The notes: a model not told the origin generated them from the letters alone. A DNA stretch of 64,000 nucleotides from Promethearchaeota archaeon Loki_b32 (GCA_005223125.1 NJBH01000002.1:96001-160000), one strand, 5' to 3'; positions 1 to 11,106 are shown, counted from the stretch's first letter. Numbers and translations: made by a program.

Positions 1-2
1 CA

Positions 3-1106
3 TATGAAATTTTCAAAATAGAACCGATTTTAGAATTTGTAGAAACCCCTGCTTCTCAATATATGACTGGAACTACCTTTATTTCTGTATTAATAACGGG
101 ATATGGAGGAAAACCATTAGAAAATTTTGAGATAATATTTGAGGTACTAAATTCTAATGGTATCACTATTTATGAGGCCTCTTCAATATCTAATGAGGAA
201 GGTATCGCAACTGTAACAATACAGTTTGAAAGTACGGGAGAAAGATATTCGATTCAGGCAGAATTTGCTGAATCAGGATTTTATGCAAGTGTCGCAATCG
301 TTTCTGGATATATCCGAGTAGTGAATGAATTTATTCTATTTATGGATGAATTCCTAAACGTTTTACCATACATAATTATAGGTGCTCTTGCAATTGCTTC
401 ATATGTCACTGTGAGAAAAGTTAAACATGGAAAACAAAGGAAATTCTGGGCAAGTGAAGCAAAGATTTTAGATGATTTGGTAAAAATCGCTCATTTTATG
501 ATTATCCATAAAGACGTGGGTGTCTCGATATATAATAAGCAAATCTCACTTGAAGGTATTGATTCAGATCTTATCTCTGGGTTCCTCCAAGCAATTTCAC
601 ATTTTAGGAGTGAGATTAAAAAAGACTCCACTGCTGCTGAAGGGAAAGGATTTGAAATGGATTACGGAGACTTTAAAATTGTTATTACCGATGGAAACTA
701 TGTTAGAGTTGCCTTAATTTTGGATGGAACACCCTCTGAAAAACTAAAAGAAAATCAGTGGTTATTCACAGAAGATTTTGAGAGAAGATATGGTAAGTTA
801 TTAAAGGATTTTATAGGTGATATTACACCTTTTAGAGAAGCAGATGATTTAATTGAAAAACGTTTCAATATTTCTCTAATTTATCCTCTCCAATTAGGAA
901 AACACTATGGCGTTATTAAATTAAAAGGATTAGAAAAAGCTCTAATAGAAGTTGGAGAACAGATCCAGAAAGAACGGAAATTTTTCTTTATTTCTAGCCT
1001 TTTAAACTTTGCATTAGCCGGAAGAAAAGCATCTAGGGACGAAATAATAAGTGCTATAATTGACTTAAAAAGAAAAGGATTGATAATTCCCGCAAAAGTA
1101 GAATAA
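3..1106 (+). CDS. Membrane-anchored protein (5' partial): extracellular Ig-like part, TM helix, cytoplasmic longin-like domain and C-terminal winged helix
   Basis: Frame is open from base 3. TM segment VLPYIIIGALAIASYVTV. Longin-like pattern FMIIHKDVGVSIY...DSDLISGFLQAISHF, typical of Lokiarchaeia. Confidence 0.65.
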   Translation, partial: YEIFKIEPILEFVETPASQYMTGTTFISVLITGYGGKPLENFEIIFEVLNSNGITIYEASSISNEEGIATVTIQFESTGERYSIQAEFAESGFYASVAIVSGYIRVVNEFILFMDEFLNVLPYIIIGALAIASYVTVRKVKHGKQRKFWASEAKILDDLVKIAHFMIIHKDVGVSIYNKQISLEGIDSDLISGFLQAISHFRSEIKKDSTAAEGKGFEMDYGDFKIVITDGNYVRVALILDGTPSEKLKENQWLFTEDFERRYGKLLKDFIGDITPFREADDLIEKRFNISLIYPLQLGKHYGVIKLKGLEKALIEVGEQIQKERKFFFISSLLNFALAGRKASRDEIISAIIDLKRKGLIIPAKVE

Positions 1107-1221
1107 ATATAAAAAAATAAATTAACTTTTTTTTTTCTTTAGATTATACATATATAATTTATATTTAATTGGATAAAGGGAATTTAATATTAAAGAAAAA
1201 GACGTTGATACTACCCTCAAT

Positions 1222-2484
1222 TTGATTTTAAGATTTAAACAAAGAGAAACTAGCACTTTATCAGTTGAATTACGTAAAAATATCAATATAATTCATTATT
1301 ACAATGAAATTATTCGCTTTTGGAATAAGTTGAATTTCATTATTATGAATACTTTCAAAGCCTCTAACTCTCTTGAAAAAGAGATACAGCCTCAATATTT
1401 CTATGCTACTTATAGATTATTATGGGAGCATGCTTCTGAGAAACAAATTCTTAATGAGTTACCAAATTTCGAGAAAGGATTCATAAAAAAAGTTAGAACA
1501 TTTTCTTGGGATAAAGCTCTTGCTCATAAAAATGAGAAAGAAAAACTTAGTATTTCAGCGGCAATCCCTAGTTTCATGATTGATCGTCTCATTCCAGTTA
1601 TGAGTAAAGATTTTATCAGAAGTAATGTTAAATTTATGAATAGATTAGAAGAAAGAACTGAAATCACTTTAAGGATTAATAATCTTAATGGAAAAATAAA
1701 TTCTCAAGAATTGTTAAAACAAGTCGTGGACACATTCAAAAAAAATAAAGTTCATTACCATAAAGATCATGAAATTCCCGAACTTTTTTGGATCCCCCTC
1801 TCACAAAAGAACAAAGTTATTAGAAATACGGCTTATCAAGATGGCAATCTTATTTTTCAAGATAAAGCTTCTGTCGCTGTAATTCACACTTTAGCCCCTA
1901 ATCCTGAAGATAAAATTTGCGATATGTGTGCTGCTCCAGGAATTAAAACTAGTCTAATTTCTCAATATATGAATAATAAAGGTCATATTATAGCAGGTGA
2001 ATTTCTCACTGAAAGAGTGAAAGTGATGAGATCTTTGTTTAATCAATTAAATGTTTTAAATTCTCACATCCTAAATACAGACAGTATTATTCTTCCCATT
2101 CGATTTCAAAATTATTTTGATAGCGTGTTGCTAGATGCTCCATGTACGGGATCTGGAACATTTTTGGCAAATCCAGAACTAAAATGGCGTCAAAATGAAA
2201 AATTTTTACATCAAAATGTTTTTTTACAGAAAAAATTATTTGAAAGTGCTCTAAAAATATTAAAACCAGGGGGAATTTTAGTCTATTCGACATGTAGTCT
2301 TTATCCAGAAGAAGGAGAATATCAAATTTTAGATTTTATGGATCGACTAGAACCTTTAGATATACCAAAGTGGTTCTCTCCAAGTTATAGAATTGATAAT
2401 AAAACTATTCAGGGAACTGGTAGGTTATTTCCTTCTGTTCATCATACTCAAGGATTTTTTATAGGAAAATTCAAAAAAAAGTGA
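1222..2484 (+). CDS. RsmB/NOP2-family RNA m5C methyltransferase
   Basis: Motifs FQDKAS, DMCAAPGIKT, LLDAPCTGSG, VYSTCSL, GFFI. Confidence 0.93.
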   Translation: MILRFKQRETSTLSVELRKNINIIHYYNEIIRFWNKLNFIIMNTFKASNSLEKEIQPQYFYATYRLLWEHASEKQILNELPNFEKGFIKKVRTFSWDKALAHKNEKEKLSISAAIPSFMIDRLIPVMSKDFIRSNVKFMNRLEERTEITLRINNLNGKINSQELLKQVVDTFKKNKVHYHKDHEIPELFWIPLSQKNKVIRNTAYQDGNLIFQDKASVAVIHTLAPNPEDKICDMCAAPGIKTSLISQYMNNKGHIIAGEFLTERVKVMRSLFNQLNVLNSHILNTDSIILPIRFQNYFDSVLLDAPCTGSGTFLANPELKWRQNEKFLHQNVFLQKKLFESALKILKPGGILVYSTCSLYPEEGEYQILDFMDRLEPLDIPKWFSPSYRIDNKTIQGTGRLFPSVHHTQGFFIGKFKKK

Positions 2485-3308
2485 TAATTACACTCAATAT
2501 GTCAAAAAGAAAATTTTGGACGGTAGGTCAGATTGACGCCACCGGTGTACGAGGTCCACATGAGAAGGAACTCGAAGATATTAGTATGGCGAAATATCCG
2601 CTTTTTATTAACTTAGATAAGAAAGTATTAGAAGATATTGTTGATAAGGAATTAGGGGGTAAAATTGAAAATATCGGTTTTAGCGAAGATTGGGCAATTA
2701 ATATTGAAATGTTTCCAGAAGTAAACATTCATATGGCTTATTCATATTTTGGAGATGAGTTTGGGGATGATATTGAAGCTGAATTCAAGTTTTATTTTTC
2801 AGGAAAGCGAGTTTGCTGGGTTCCTGGAGAAGATAGTGCTACATTTATTGATATTGTTATGGGTCTCATCGAAAGAAAACTAAGAGCTCAAGAACCTTTT
2901 GAAATGAATTATAACATAAAAACAGATTTAATGGAAACAGTCTTAATCCAAAGAAGTGAACCATTTAAACTTCTAAAAGAAGGTGATAAACACGATTTAG
3001 CTACTTTTATGGGGGCAAAAGTCTGGAAAACAGAGAATGGATGGCGAATAAAAAAAGAATTTTTCACAGAAATTTTTATTGAAATTATATGGAATAAAAA
3101 TGAATTAGACATTAAATTCTCAGGTGAAAATTTATCTAAAAATATAGATAGTTATCATGTGGAATTTTTAGGTATTTTCATGCTCAATCACATTCTTAGA
3201 TTTATAACTGTAAATAACTTTGATAAAGATCTACCTGATATATGCTATATAATGTTCTCACGCTATTATACCAAAAATATTGGAAACTGGGACCATAGGG
3301 TAAGATAA
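2481..3308 (+). CDS. Conserved hypothetical protein, possibly DUF3786-like with an internal duplication
   Basis: 275-aa ORF overlapping the previous stop. Pattern FPEVNIHM..GDEFG..AEFKFYFSG..ED is echoed in the C-terminal half. Confidence 0.5.
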   Translation: MIITLNMSKRKFWTVGQIDATGVRGPHEKELEDISMAKYPLFINLDKKVLEDIVDKELGGKIENIGFSEDWAINIEMFPEVNIHMAYSYFGDEFGDDIEAEFKFYFSGKRVCWVPGEDSATFIDIVMGLIERKLRAQEPFEMNYNIKTDLMETVLIQRSEPFKLLKEGDKHDLATFMGAKVWKTENGWRIKKEFFTEIFIEIIWNKNELDIKFSGENLSKNIDSYHVEFLGIFMLNHILRFITVNNFDKDLPDICYIMFSRYYTKNIGNWDHRVR

Positions 3309-3339
3309 AATTAAAAAGAAAAATAATAAAAAAATTGTG

Positions 3340-3900
3340 TTAAATTGCTGTCCATAGAATTGATCTTCCCTTTTTTTCAGCACGTTTAATTTTCTTTGAA
3401 TTTTCGAGATCTGACATTATTTTCCAAATTTGCGAATTACTTAATTTGAAGTATCTTCTCAATTCTGGAGTGGTCATTTTTGTACCATTCAATAAATTTG
3501 GGATCAATCTTTTAATTTCATCGATGGTATTCTCATCAGAATCTTCATCTTTTTCATTTTCTTCAACGTTTGTTTTCATTTCTGTAATGATTTTGGAAGC
3601 AATTTTGTTTAACTGCTTTATATTATTATCAATAAGATTTTTGGGTCTCATAAAAAGACAGCAAAGTTCTAAATCCCTTGGAAATGCCACAATATAAAAT
3701 TTATCATATAAAATGGCTCTAGGTTTTTTAACTGATTCGTTTCCGCCGCGAAAAGCTAAATAAAAATTCATCGCAAAGTCATTTAAATTCACGCTATTTT
3801 TGATATCATCAAATTCCTTTTTCCACTTAATAAATGGACCATCGATCATATCAAATCCAATTAAGGCAGCTCCAAAAATTTCATTTTCAGTAAAATTCAA
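3340..3900 (-). CDS. uDENN/longin-like domain + winged-helix protein, putative GTPase regulator
   Basis: N-terminal IGFDMIDGPFI (FDxxxGP motif). C-terminal wHTH TTPELRRYFKLSNSQIWKIMSDLENSKKIKR. Overlaps the GTPase gene by 4 bp. Confidence 0.55.
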   Translation of the reverse strand: MNFTENEIFGAALIGFDMIDGPFIKWKKEFDDIKNSVNLNDFAMNFYLAFRGGNESVKKPRAILYDKFYIVAFPRDLELCCLFMRPKNLIDNNIKQLNKIASKIITEMKTNVEENEKDEDSDENTIDEIKRLIPNLLNGTKMTTPELRRYFKLSNSQIWKIMSDLENSKKIKRAEKKGRSILWTAI

Positions 3901-4424
3901 TTCTTCAACCTCCTCCTTATAACTATTTTATTTAATTCTTTTTTAATAATACTCAATAATTTCATTCGTTCTGAAGGGTTTATAGCACTTAGTCCGTAAG
4001 TTTTAATGTGTAGTATATCTTCAACTCTTTTATGATCCATCCGCCCATCACTTTTTACTAAATCCTGTTTATTTGCAATCGCAATTATAGGACACGCTTT
4101 TCCTACAAAATGACAAGCGTAATTAATGAGATCTCTTGAACTTAATACATTTCTAGGTGTTGAGTCAGTAACAACAAATATAATATCAGATCCTAATAAA
4201 TAATCCTTGGAATAGGTTTTTAAGTAGGTACTTTGGCCTCCTAAATCCCACACTCTCAAAATATAATCATCAAACTTAACTGTTTTAAGATCTAAGCCAT
4301 GAGTGGGAAAATACAATTGATTTATTTCATTTTCAGATAAGAGTTTCGCTAATGTTGTTTTACCTGTTGCGGGGTAACCTATTAATGTGATTTTAACTAA
4401 TTTATCTATTTCAGAACTCAACAT
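3897..4424 (-). CDS. Small GTPase (Arf/Ras-like)
   Basis: G1 GYPATGKTT, G2 PTHG, G3 WDLGGQ, G4 NKQD, G5 SAI. Confidence 0.92.
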   Translation of the reverse strand: MLSSEIDKLVKITLIGYPATGKTTLAKLLSENEINQLYFPTHGLDLKTVKFDDYILRVWDLGGQSTYLKTYSKDYLLGSDIIFVVTDSTPRNVLSSRDLINYACHFVGKACPIIAIANKQDLVKSDGRMDHKRVEDILHIKTYGLSAINPSERMKLLSIIKKELNKIVIRRRLKN

Positions 4425-4563
4425 TTCAATTCATCAATCAATCGATGATTCTTTAAGAAAATTGAAATGAAAAAGAATATGAATCTGCGAAATATCCAGA
4501 TAATACAAGAAGAAATTTAGAAGTAAGTTATAAAAAAATTTTAAAATTTTAGATAAAAACTGG

Positions 4564-5289
4564 TTATTTACTTCTTAAAAGGCACTTTTTCATCCACTTT
4601 GGCAATAAGAATCCTCCATACCAACAAATAGCGCTTATTATTAAAATTATTCTAGTTATTATTATCGTTACTTCATTTAGAGTTATCGCTGAGTCTAATA
4701 ATGCCCCAACAGCAAAAGCAATATAAGCGATTATTAATAGTTTCCCTTTGAGTTTTACTTCTGGATCTTTGGATTTTAATGAAAGATTAGCAAATAAAAA
4801 GCCTGTAACTACAACTATTAGTAGAAATGATATTAGAAATATCATAATGAACGAATTATACCTGACATCAACAGGAGGATTTAGTTCTCCTATTATATTT
4901 GGATCTATAAAAAGAAATGAAAAGAAAAGAATCTCAAAGATTAATCCATATAGAGCAAATACCAAAAGTATTAGTTTACGTTTTTCAGTATACAAAAATT
5001 CTGTAAAGGCTAATAACCAAAGAGTTATTGCAAAAGGTACCAGAATATTTCCTATCATAAAATATGCCTCTGGTGTAATTCCAACACCGTTAGACAATGC
5101 TACAAGAAAAGATAGGCTGGAACTCCACCATGGACAACTGATAAGTATCCATGTTGCTCCAACCATTAAATAAATCCTTTCTTTGTATTTAAAGTATCTT
5201 GAGAGAATTATAAAACCTACTAATAGAGAGATCGCCACAAAAATGAGAGAACATACTCCATTTACAGTATCTAAAAGACTTAATGACAT
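4564..5289 (-). CDS. Multi-pass (about 7 TM) membrane protein
   Basis: Alternating hydrophobic segments across 241 aa. Confidence 0.75.
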   Translation of the reverse strand: MSLSLLDTVNGVCSLIFVAISLLVGFIILSRYFKYKERIYLMVGATWILISCPWWSSSLSFLVALSNGVGITPEAYFMIGNILVPFAITLWLLAFTEFLYTEKRKLILLVFALYGLIFEILFFSFLFIDPNIIGELNPPVDVRYNSFIMIFLISFLLIVVVTGFLFANLSLKSKDPEVKLKGKLLIIAYIAFAVGALLDSAITLNEVTIIITRIILIISAICWYGGFLLPKWMKKCLLRSK

Positions 5290-5386
5290 AATACAAACTT
5301 GAATTCATTTTATTGTTATAAATATAAATTAAGAGGTTGGATTATATAAATTTTGAAACTTTTTGAGTGAATTCAAACTAAAAATT

Positions 5387-7276
5387 CTAGATATTATATA
5401 AAAAGATTAATAGAATCAATGAAAAGAAAGTTGGACCAATCAAACTTATTGTTAATAAACTTTGAGATACTTTTAGACATTCTTTAAGGGTATCAATAAT
5501 AGTATTGAAATACTGTGGGTCACCCCAAACTTTAACTTGTTCATATGAGTCCTTGTATAAAAACTCAACGGGTTCTAAATCTTTTTCAGCTTTTTCAATT
5601 AGGATTTTTAATTTTTCAAGTATTATATCAATTTTAATTTTATCACCAATTGGGGAGTATCCTCTGCTAGAAAACTGTCTAGCAACTGTATGTGAATCAG
5701 AGGTAGTAATCTCACCTTTTTCAATTCCCTGATTTTGTAGCATATTCAATATAAAAGATCTTATTTCTAAAAATGCATTATTTCCATCGAAATGAATTAA
5801 CACGGTTTTTTGGTTATTAAATGTATTTTTAAATAAATGAACAACAATCCCTCCAAAACCTATTCCATCGTTTTCTGAAAATTCTTTCATTGGATCTTTT
5901 GCTACGCCATACATTAAAGTTGTTTTTTCAGTAAGCCCTGGTTTATTCTTTTTAATGAACTTCTCAGCTACATCTATTAAATCATTAGCTTCAATAGAAT
6001 TTTTTTCTATTAATATTTCATCACCAATTATTGAGTTATGAGAATCAATAACTATAACATCTTTAAATCCTTCTTTCTTTGCTATTTTGAGTATATCATT
6101 GCCTACTTCAACTTGAATATCATCAGAAGGTAAAGGATGCCTTGTTAAAAAGAGAAGTGGTGTTTGGTTAACAACCATTCCGATAAGTTTAGCCGAATTA
6201 GATATTTTTCTTGAAAAATCAATAACTTCTGAATTCCATTCTAAGGAGCTATTGCCAGCAACATCTTCTATATCTTGTTTAATTCGGGTGAGTACCTTGT
6301 CAACATCAAACTGGGATGTTAAATTTTGTGCATGTGTATTAGTTGTGTGATATACTGTTGTACCTTTTATGTCTGAAAATGCTTTATATATATGTTCAGG
6401 TAAATCAGAAGACCCACAAGTCTTAAAAGGTCCAAAATGAACGTTAGGAATCATGAATAGCCCCTTTAACCTTTTTGTTTCCTTACTACGAATTATTAAA
6501 TATTGAATTTTAACTTCAGATTTTATTCCAACTCTATCAAAGTAGCTTTCTATTAAATCATCATTCCCATCTGTTAACATAGAAAGAACAAACGCTCTAA
6601 TGAATGGATATCCCCCCATTCCTATTGCTTCCTGAAAAATATTACTTACTCGGAATAATCCTCTCCTGTACGGAATTGCGAATAATAGAGCACAAACTAC
6701 AAAGAAAATTAGAGCTTTCACAAAAAAATACATATCAAAAAATTGAAACGTGTAAAGGCTATAAAGAATTATTGTTGCTATGGGTTGAACTAACGATAGG
6801 ATTAAATAACCTGGACGTCCAGAGGTAGTAAATGAAAAATATAAAACAAAAGCTACAATAAATGCGAGAATAGTTCCTAATATCAGAAAAACTTCCTGTA
6901 ATTTAATATCATCTAAAAGAATGGCGACTATTTGACCAAAAATAAATGTAACCTGTATAATTGCACTAATAAATGCATTCAATTGAATTGACCACCCAGT
7001 TGGAGGTGCTCTTAAAATTGGGACTCTCTTTGAATAAAGCAAAATAGAAAATAAAGTGCCGAAACTAGAAGATACTAAAAATAGAAATATAAAACGAAAA
7101 AAATGAAAAAAATCAAAATATCTTCTTAGCAAGAAATAATTTAATAAAGATGATAGCAAACCTAAGATAATAGGAGTGCTTAAAAATATAGAATATGCTA
7201 ACTTTTTTGACGAAAATAATTCCATATATGAGATTATTCCCGGAATTTGGCGGCTTGTTTTTTTTCTTATGATCAT
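5387..7276 (-). CDS. DUF2070-family membrane protein
   Basis: N-terminal TM block, then HFGPF..GSSDLP, VIDSHN, DGNN and TSDSH motifs. Confidence 0.85.
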   Translation of the reverse strand: MIIRKKTSRQIPGIISYMELFSSKKLAYSIFLSTPIILGLLSSLLNYFLLRRYFDFFHFFRFIFLFLVSSSFGTLFSILLYSKRVPILRAPPTGWSIQLNAFISAIIQVTFIFGQIVAILLDDIKLQEVFLILGTILAFIVAFVLYFSFTTSGRPGYLILSLVQPIATIILYSLYTFQFFDMYFFVKALIFFVVCALLFAIPYRRGLFRVSNIFQEAIGMGGYPFIRAFVLSMLTDGNDDLIESYFDRVGIKSEVKIQYLIIRSKETKRLKGLFMIPNVHFGPFKTCGSSDLPEHIYKAFSDIKGTTVYHTTNTHAQNLTSQFDVDKVLTRIKQDIEDVAGNSSLEWNSEVIDFSRKISNSAKLIGMVVNQTPLLFLTRHPLPSDDIQVEVGNDILKIAKKEGFKDVIVIDSHNSIIGDEILIEKNSIEANDLIDVAEKFIKKNKPGLTEKTTLMYGVAKDPMKEFSENDGIGFGGIVVHLFKNTFNNQKTVLIHFDGNNAFLEIRSFILNMLQNQGIEKGEITTSDSHTVARQFSSRGYSPIGDKIKIDIILEKLKILIEKAEKDLEPVEFLYKDSYEQVKVWGDPQYFNTIIDTLKECLKVSQSLLTISLIGPTFFSLILLIFLYNI

Positions 7277-7418
7277 TTATGATTGAATTGAATTTATTAA
7301 AAATGATTATACTTAATTGAAAAAATAACTTCTATAGTTATGAATAAATTCATATAATTATATCTTTATGTAAAAGACCATAATAAAATATAAAATAAAA
7401 CATTTTTTTATAAAGAAT

Positions 7419-8507
7419 ATGGAAAATAATTCACAAAGATTAGTTCATCTCGCAAATAAGAACTTCAGTGAAGTTCTTAAAGATGGATTTAAGCTTTTCA
7501 TCCAAAATTATAAAACACTAATTTTACCCTTAGCTTTTTTTCAAGTTATTTTAATTATTTTAAATGTTTTTTTGTTAACTGATTTGAATTGGTTTATTGA
7601 TTCTTTAGGAATAACACTTGCAGATACAATGGAAAGCCTTGTTGAATCAACCTCTCTTACTCCAGACGAATTTCAAACACTAATGCGCTACACATTTTTG
7701 AATTTTGCCTCTCTCTTTTTACAAAATTTAATAGGAGCAATAATTATTACAATTGCGATGTGTTCAGTTGGTAATTACGTTTTTAGGAAGTATATGAATG
7801 AGGATGTTAGGTTTGTGGATTCATTTAAATCTGCTTTTAATAAAAAGATATTTTTCGCAATTTTAATATTGGGAATTTGTTTACCTGTAAGCTTTATAAT
7901 ATATATTCCAGCGATATTTATTTTTGGATTTTTTATTTTTTTGGTGTTCACTTATAATATGGAAGTGAAAAAAAATCCCATATCAGAAGCTCGTGCAATT
8001 GCTAAAGGTAATTTCTGGAAAATTATTGGAGTTTTTATTATCAATATACTCATCATTTTAACAGTTAGCCAAATATTTACTTCTATAATAGACTTTTTTC
8101 TAATAAATGATTCAACAATCCCGATTATAAATAGTTGGTATGATCCTGCAACAAGAAATTTTGGAATGTTAATACTATATAATATCTTTTATAATATTGT
8201 TGATATAATTCTTGCTCCATTATTTGTATGTTTATTAACTGCATTATTTTCATCTTTGAAAGCTAAGAAAGATTTAGGCTTTCAATATCAACAAGATTAT
8301 CAGCCTTCAAGAGACATGTATCAAGAATCATATAAATATCTTAGACCAGAACCCTATATTGTTCCCGAGACCGAAGAATCTACAACACTCCCTCAGATAA
8401 GAGTGGAAGGCAGGTTTTATTGCCCATTTTGTGGAACCCTAATTCAAACTCCAAAGAAATTCTGTCCTAATTGTGGAGAGAACCTCAAAGATATTATTGG
8501 TAATTAA
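7419..8507 (+). CDS. Membrane protein with C-terminal double zinc ribbon
   Basis: Several TM helices; tail FYCPFCG...FCPNCG. Confidence 0.8.
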   Translation: MENNSQRLVHLANKNFSEVLKDGFKLFIQNYKTLILPLAFFQVILIILNVFLLTDLNWFIDSLGITLADTMESLVESTSLTPDEFQTLMRYTFLNFASLFLQNLIGAIIITIAMCSVGNYVFRKYMNEDVRFVDSFKSAFNKKIFFAILILGICLPVSFIIYIPAIFIFGFFIFLVFTYNMEVKKNPISEARAIAKGNFWKIIGVFIINILIILTVSQIFTSIIDFFLINDSTIPIINSWYDPATRNFGMLILYNIFYNIVDIILAPLFVCLLTALFSSLKAKKDLGFQYQQDYQPSRDMYQESYKYLRPEPYIVPETEESTTLPQIRVEGRFYCPFCGTLIQTPKKFCPNCGENLKDIIGN

Positions 8508-8525
8508 AAGAAAGAAATAACAAAA

Positions 8526-9314
8526 ATGTATATAAATATTGAGAAAAAGTTTGATTTAGAAAAGGAAAATATAAAAAATCCGATTTTATTGATAGGATGG
8601 CCAGGGATAGCATTAGTTGCTAAATTAGCAATTACATCAATACAAGAATCATTAAACGCTAAAGAATTTATGAATATTCAATACTTTGATTTCCCTGCGA
8701 AAGCAGTTGTCGAGAATGGAACTCTAGAAATCCCTAATGCAACTGTATTTTATAAAGCTGCTGAAAAAGATGATGGTAATGATTTTTTTATTCTTACCGG
8801 CACTTACCAACCCCAAACACCTGAGGGTGTTTTTGAATTTTCTAAAGCTTTTTGTGAAGAGATACATAATATAACTGGAGGAGTAAAAATGTATGTAAGC
8901 ACCGGTGCTATGATTTCAGATATCGTCCATGATGCACCTTCAGTATATGTTTGTGGAACTGACGAAGATTTAGTTCAGACATTTTTAAAACTAGAAAATA
9001 CTAAACTATATGAGGGAGGATATATCTCTGGAGCAAATGGTATCTTACCCGCATGGGCAGGATCGAAAGGTTATGCCCCGGGAGTTTGTCTTTTAGCAGA
9101 AACTCTTCCTTTACCAATGATGACATTAGATCCGCGTTCTTCAAAAGCCCTTGTTTCTATATTAAAGGAGTATTTTTCTCTAGAAATGGATTTTAGTAAA
9201 TTAAATGAAAAAATAAAGGAAATGGAAGCCATTTTTGAATCATTTAAGAAACAAGCAGATCAATTTATGAAACCCCCTCGAGAAGATAGAGGTCCAGATT
9301 CTTATTTCCGCTAA
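8526..9314 (+). CDS. PAC2-family proteasome assembly chaperone
   Basis: Motifs LLIGWPGIALVAKLA, ISGANGIL, CLLAET, DPRSSKAL. Confidence 0.88.
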   Translation: MYINIEKKFDLEKENIKNPILLIGWPGIALVAKLAITSIQESLNAKEFMNIQYFDFPAKAVVENGTLEIPNATVFYKAAEKDDGNDFFILTGTYQPQTPEGVFEFSKAFCEEIHNITGGVKMYVSTGAMISDIVHDAPSVYVCGTDEDLVQTFLKLENTKLYEGGYISGANGILPAWAGSKGYAPGVCLLAETLPLPMMTLDPRSSKALVSILKEYFSLEMDFSKLNEKIKEMEAIFESFKKQADQFMKPPREDRGPDSYFR

Positions 9315-9405
9315 AGGTTTGTTAGCCTATTCTAAATTAAAAATAGTTTATAAAAAAAGGAAAATGTAACTTTATTTAATACTAAATTCGTATAATTGAC
9401 CCATA

Positions 9406-10395
9406 TTGCAAGATATAAGTATCATCGAACGTAATAGGAAAATCAAAGATAAAATTTCTAGTAGATTAGATGGAATTAATGAACAATCCCGTAATTATAT
9501 AGAGGATATTATTACTCTGATTAATAGAGAGGTTGGGGTTAATAAAGTCTTATCTATTTTATTATTTGGGAGCCAAAGAGATAAAAATAATGAAGACATC
9601 TCTATTTTGTCTGATTGTGACTTACTGATAATTTTTAAGGATAGAGTTTCAAATCGTCACATTAAGGAAATTGAGAAGTATTTTATTTCATTAGAAATTA
9701 AGCATAAATTCAGAGAATTTAGTGATCATCTCTCTAAAAAAATCTTAGGTGTAATAAACCAAACTACTGGCATATTTATGAGTCATTTTCTAACTAAAAA
9801 GAGATATTGGAATGAAATTATCTTTCATAAAATATTTCGGGTGAATAAAGTTTTTTCATCAGTTTTTGCCCCTCGTAAAATTGTGCTTGGTAATATTCTT
9901 CTTAATAGTTCTATCCTCTATGGAGATGATTTAAGAGAGGAAATTAGGCCTAAAATTCAAATTACAATGCAAGAAATGTTTAGAAGTACTGTTATGAATC
10001 TTATGATCTCTCTTTTCTCTATTGCCATATCATTCCTTAAAAATTTAAATCCAACCAAATATCAATTAGAAGCAATAAAATGGTCTTTAAAAGCATCGAA
10101 TTATTATTGTTTTCGGGATTCAGAAAATCTAAATAATATTACTCAACGGTTTATTTCATTTGAAGGAAATAGATCGCAACCGAAGGCTACTAGATTTTTT
10201 TCTGAGTATCTTCAGTTAAGAAATTCACCACGTAATAATATGGGTTTTATGATTCGATGTCCAATAAGAATAATAAAAATTCATACGAAAGCTATCTTGT
10301 ATAAAAAATTGATTAAAAGAAAACAAAATTTAAGAATTCCTTATAGACCAAAGGAACCAATTATCCCAGATCGTACTTTTCCCTTAAGATTTTAA
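9406..10395 (+). CDS. Pol-beta-like nucleotidyltransferase domain protein
   Basis: LLFGS...SDCDLLIIF (GS..DxD signature). Confidence 0.75.
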   Translation: MQDISIIERNRKIKDKISSRLDGINEQSRNYIEDIITLINREVGVNKVLSILLFGSQRDKNNEDISILSDCDLLIIFKDRVSNRHIKEIEKYFISLEIKHKFREFSDHLSKKILGVINQTTGIFMSHFLTKKRYWNEIIFHKIFRVNKVFSSVFAPRKIVLGNILLNSSILYGDDLREEIRPKIQITMQEMFRSTVMNLMISLFSIAISFLKNLNPTKYQLEAIKWSLKASNYYCFRDSENLNNITQRFISFEGNRSQPKATRFFSEYLQLRNSPRNNMGFMIRCPIRIIKIHTKAILYKKLIKRKQNLRIPYRPKEPIIPDRTFPLRF

Positions 10396-10557
10396 TCAAG
10401 GAATTACATATTTGAAAACAAAAATGTCTTATAAAAAAATTTAAAAATAAAATAAAAATATAAATATTTTTTAAATTATTTAGAATTGTGTTGGTAAAGA
10501 AATTTTTATTACAAAAGCTTATTAAAATAATAAGAATTTAATAAAGAGGAGAAAAAT

Positions 10558-11106
10558 ATGGCAGAAGAAGTTGATATTCGCGAATTGTTTTTTGATATAT
10601 TAGATATTGTAAAATTTGAGCTCAAATTCTATAGATATAAGGAATCTCCGATGTTTGAACGCATTGTAAAAACTCGGGTATTTCAACAAAAGCTTCAAAA
10701 ATTGAAAGATTTTATCAACACTTATTTTGATATTATGTATAAAGATGAAGATAGTCCAATTAACCAAGTTGCTCTTCACACTCAACTTGATAATATAGCT
10801 CGCCTAACTAATTATTATGATGATTTATCCGACTTTTATACAGATCATACTAAAATTATGATTACAAGGGAAAAATTACAAGGGTTAATTGACTATTCAC
10901 ACGTCGAGATACTATTCTTGGTGTTCACTAATATCCTCGATTGGGAGCATTACAAGGCCAGTTTATTATTTCCCACTGATAAGGCTAAAGAAAAACTACT
11001 GAAAGAATTCCTCGCCAAACTGGCTAGCTCCGATATTAAAGACGTAGACGATATTGTTGACTTAGAACAAGCTATTGATGACTTTGTTCAGAGTATCGAA
11101 GCTTAG
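10558..11106 (+). CDS. Hypothetical protein
   Basis: 182-aa ORF preceded by a GAGGAG ribosome-binding-like site. Confidence 0.75.
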   Translation: MAEEVDIRELFFDILDIVKFELKFYRYKESPMFERIVKTRVFQQKLQKLKDFINTYFDIMYKDEDSPINQVALHTQLDNIARLTNYYDDLSDFYTDHTKIMITREKLQGLIDYSHVEILFLVFTNILDWEHYKASLLFPTDKAKEKLLKEFLAKLASSDIKDVDDIVDLEQAIDDFVQSIEA

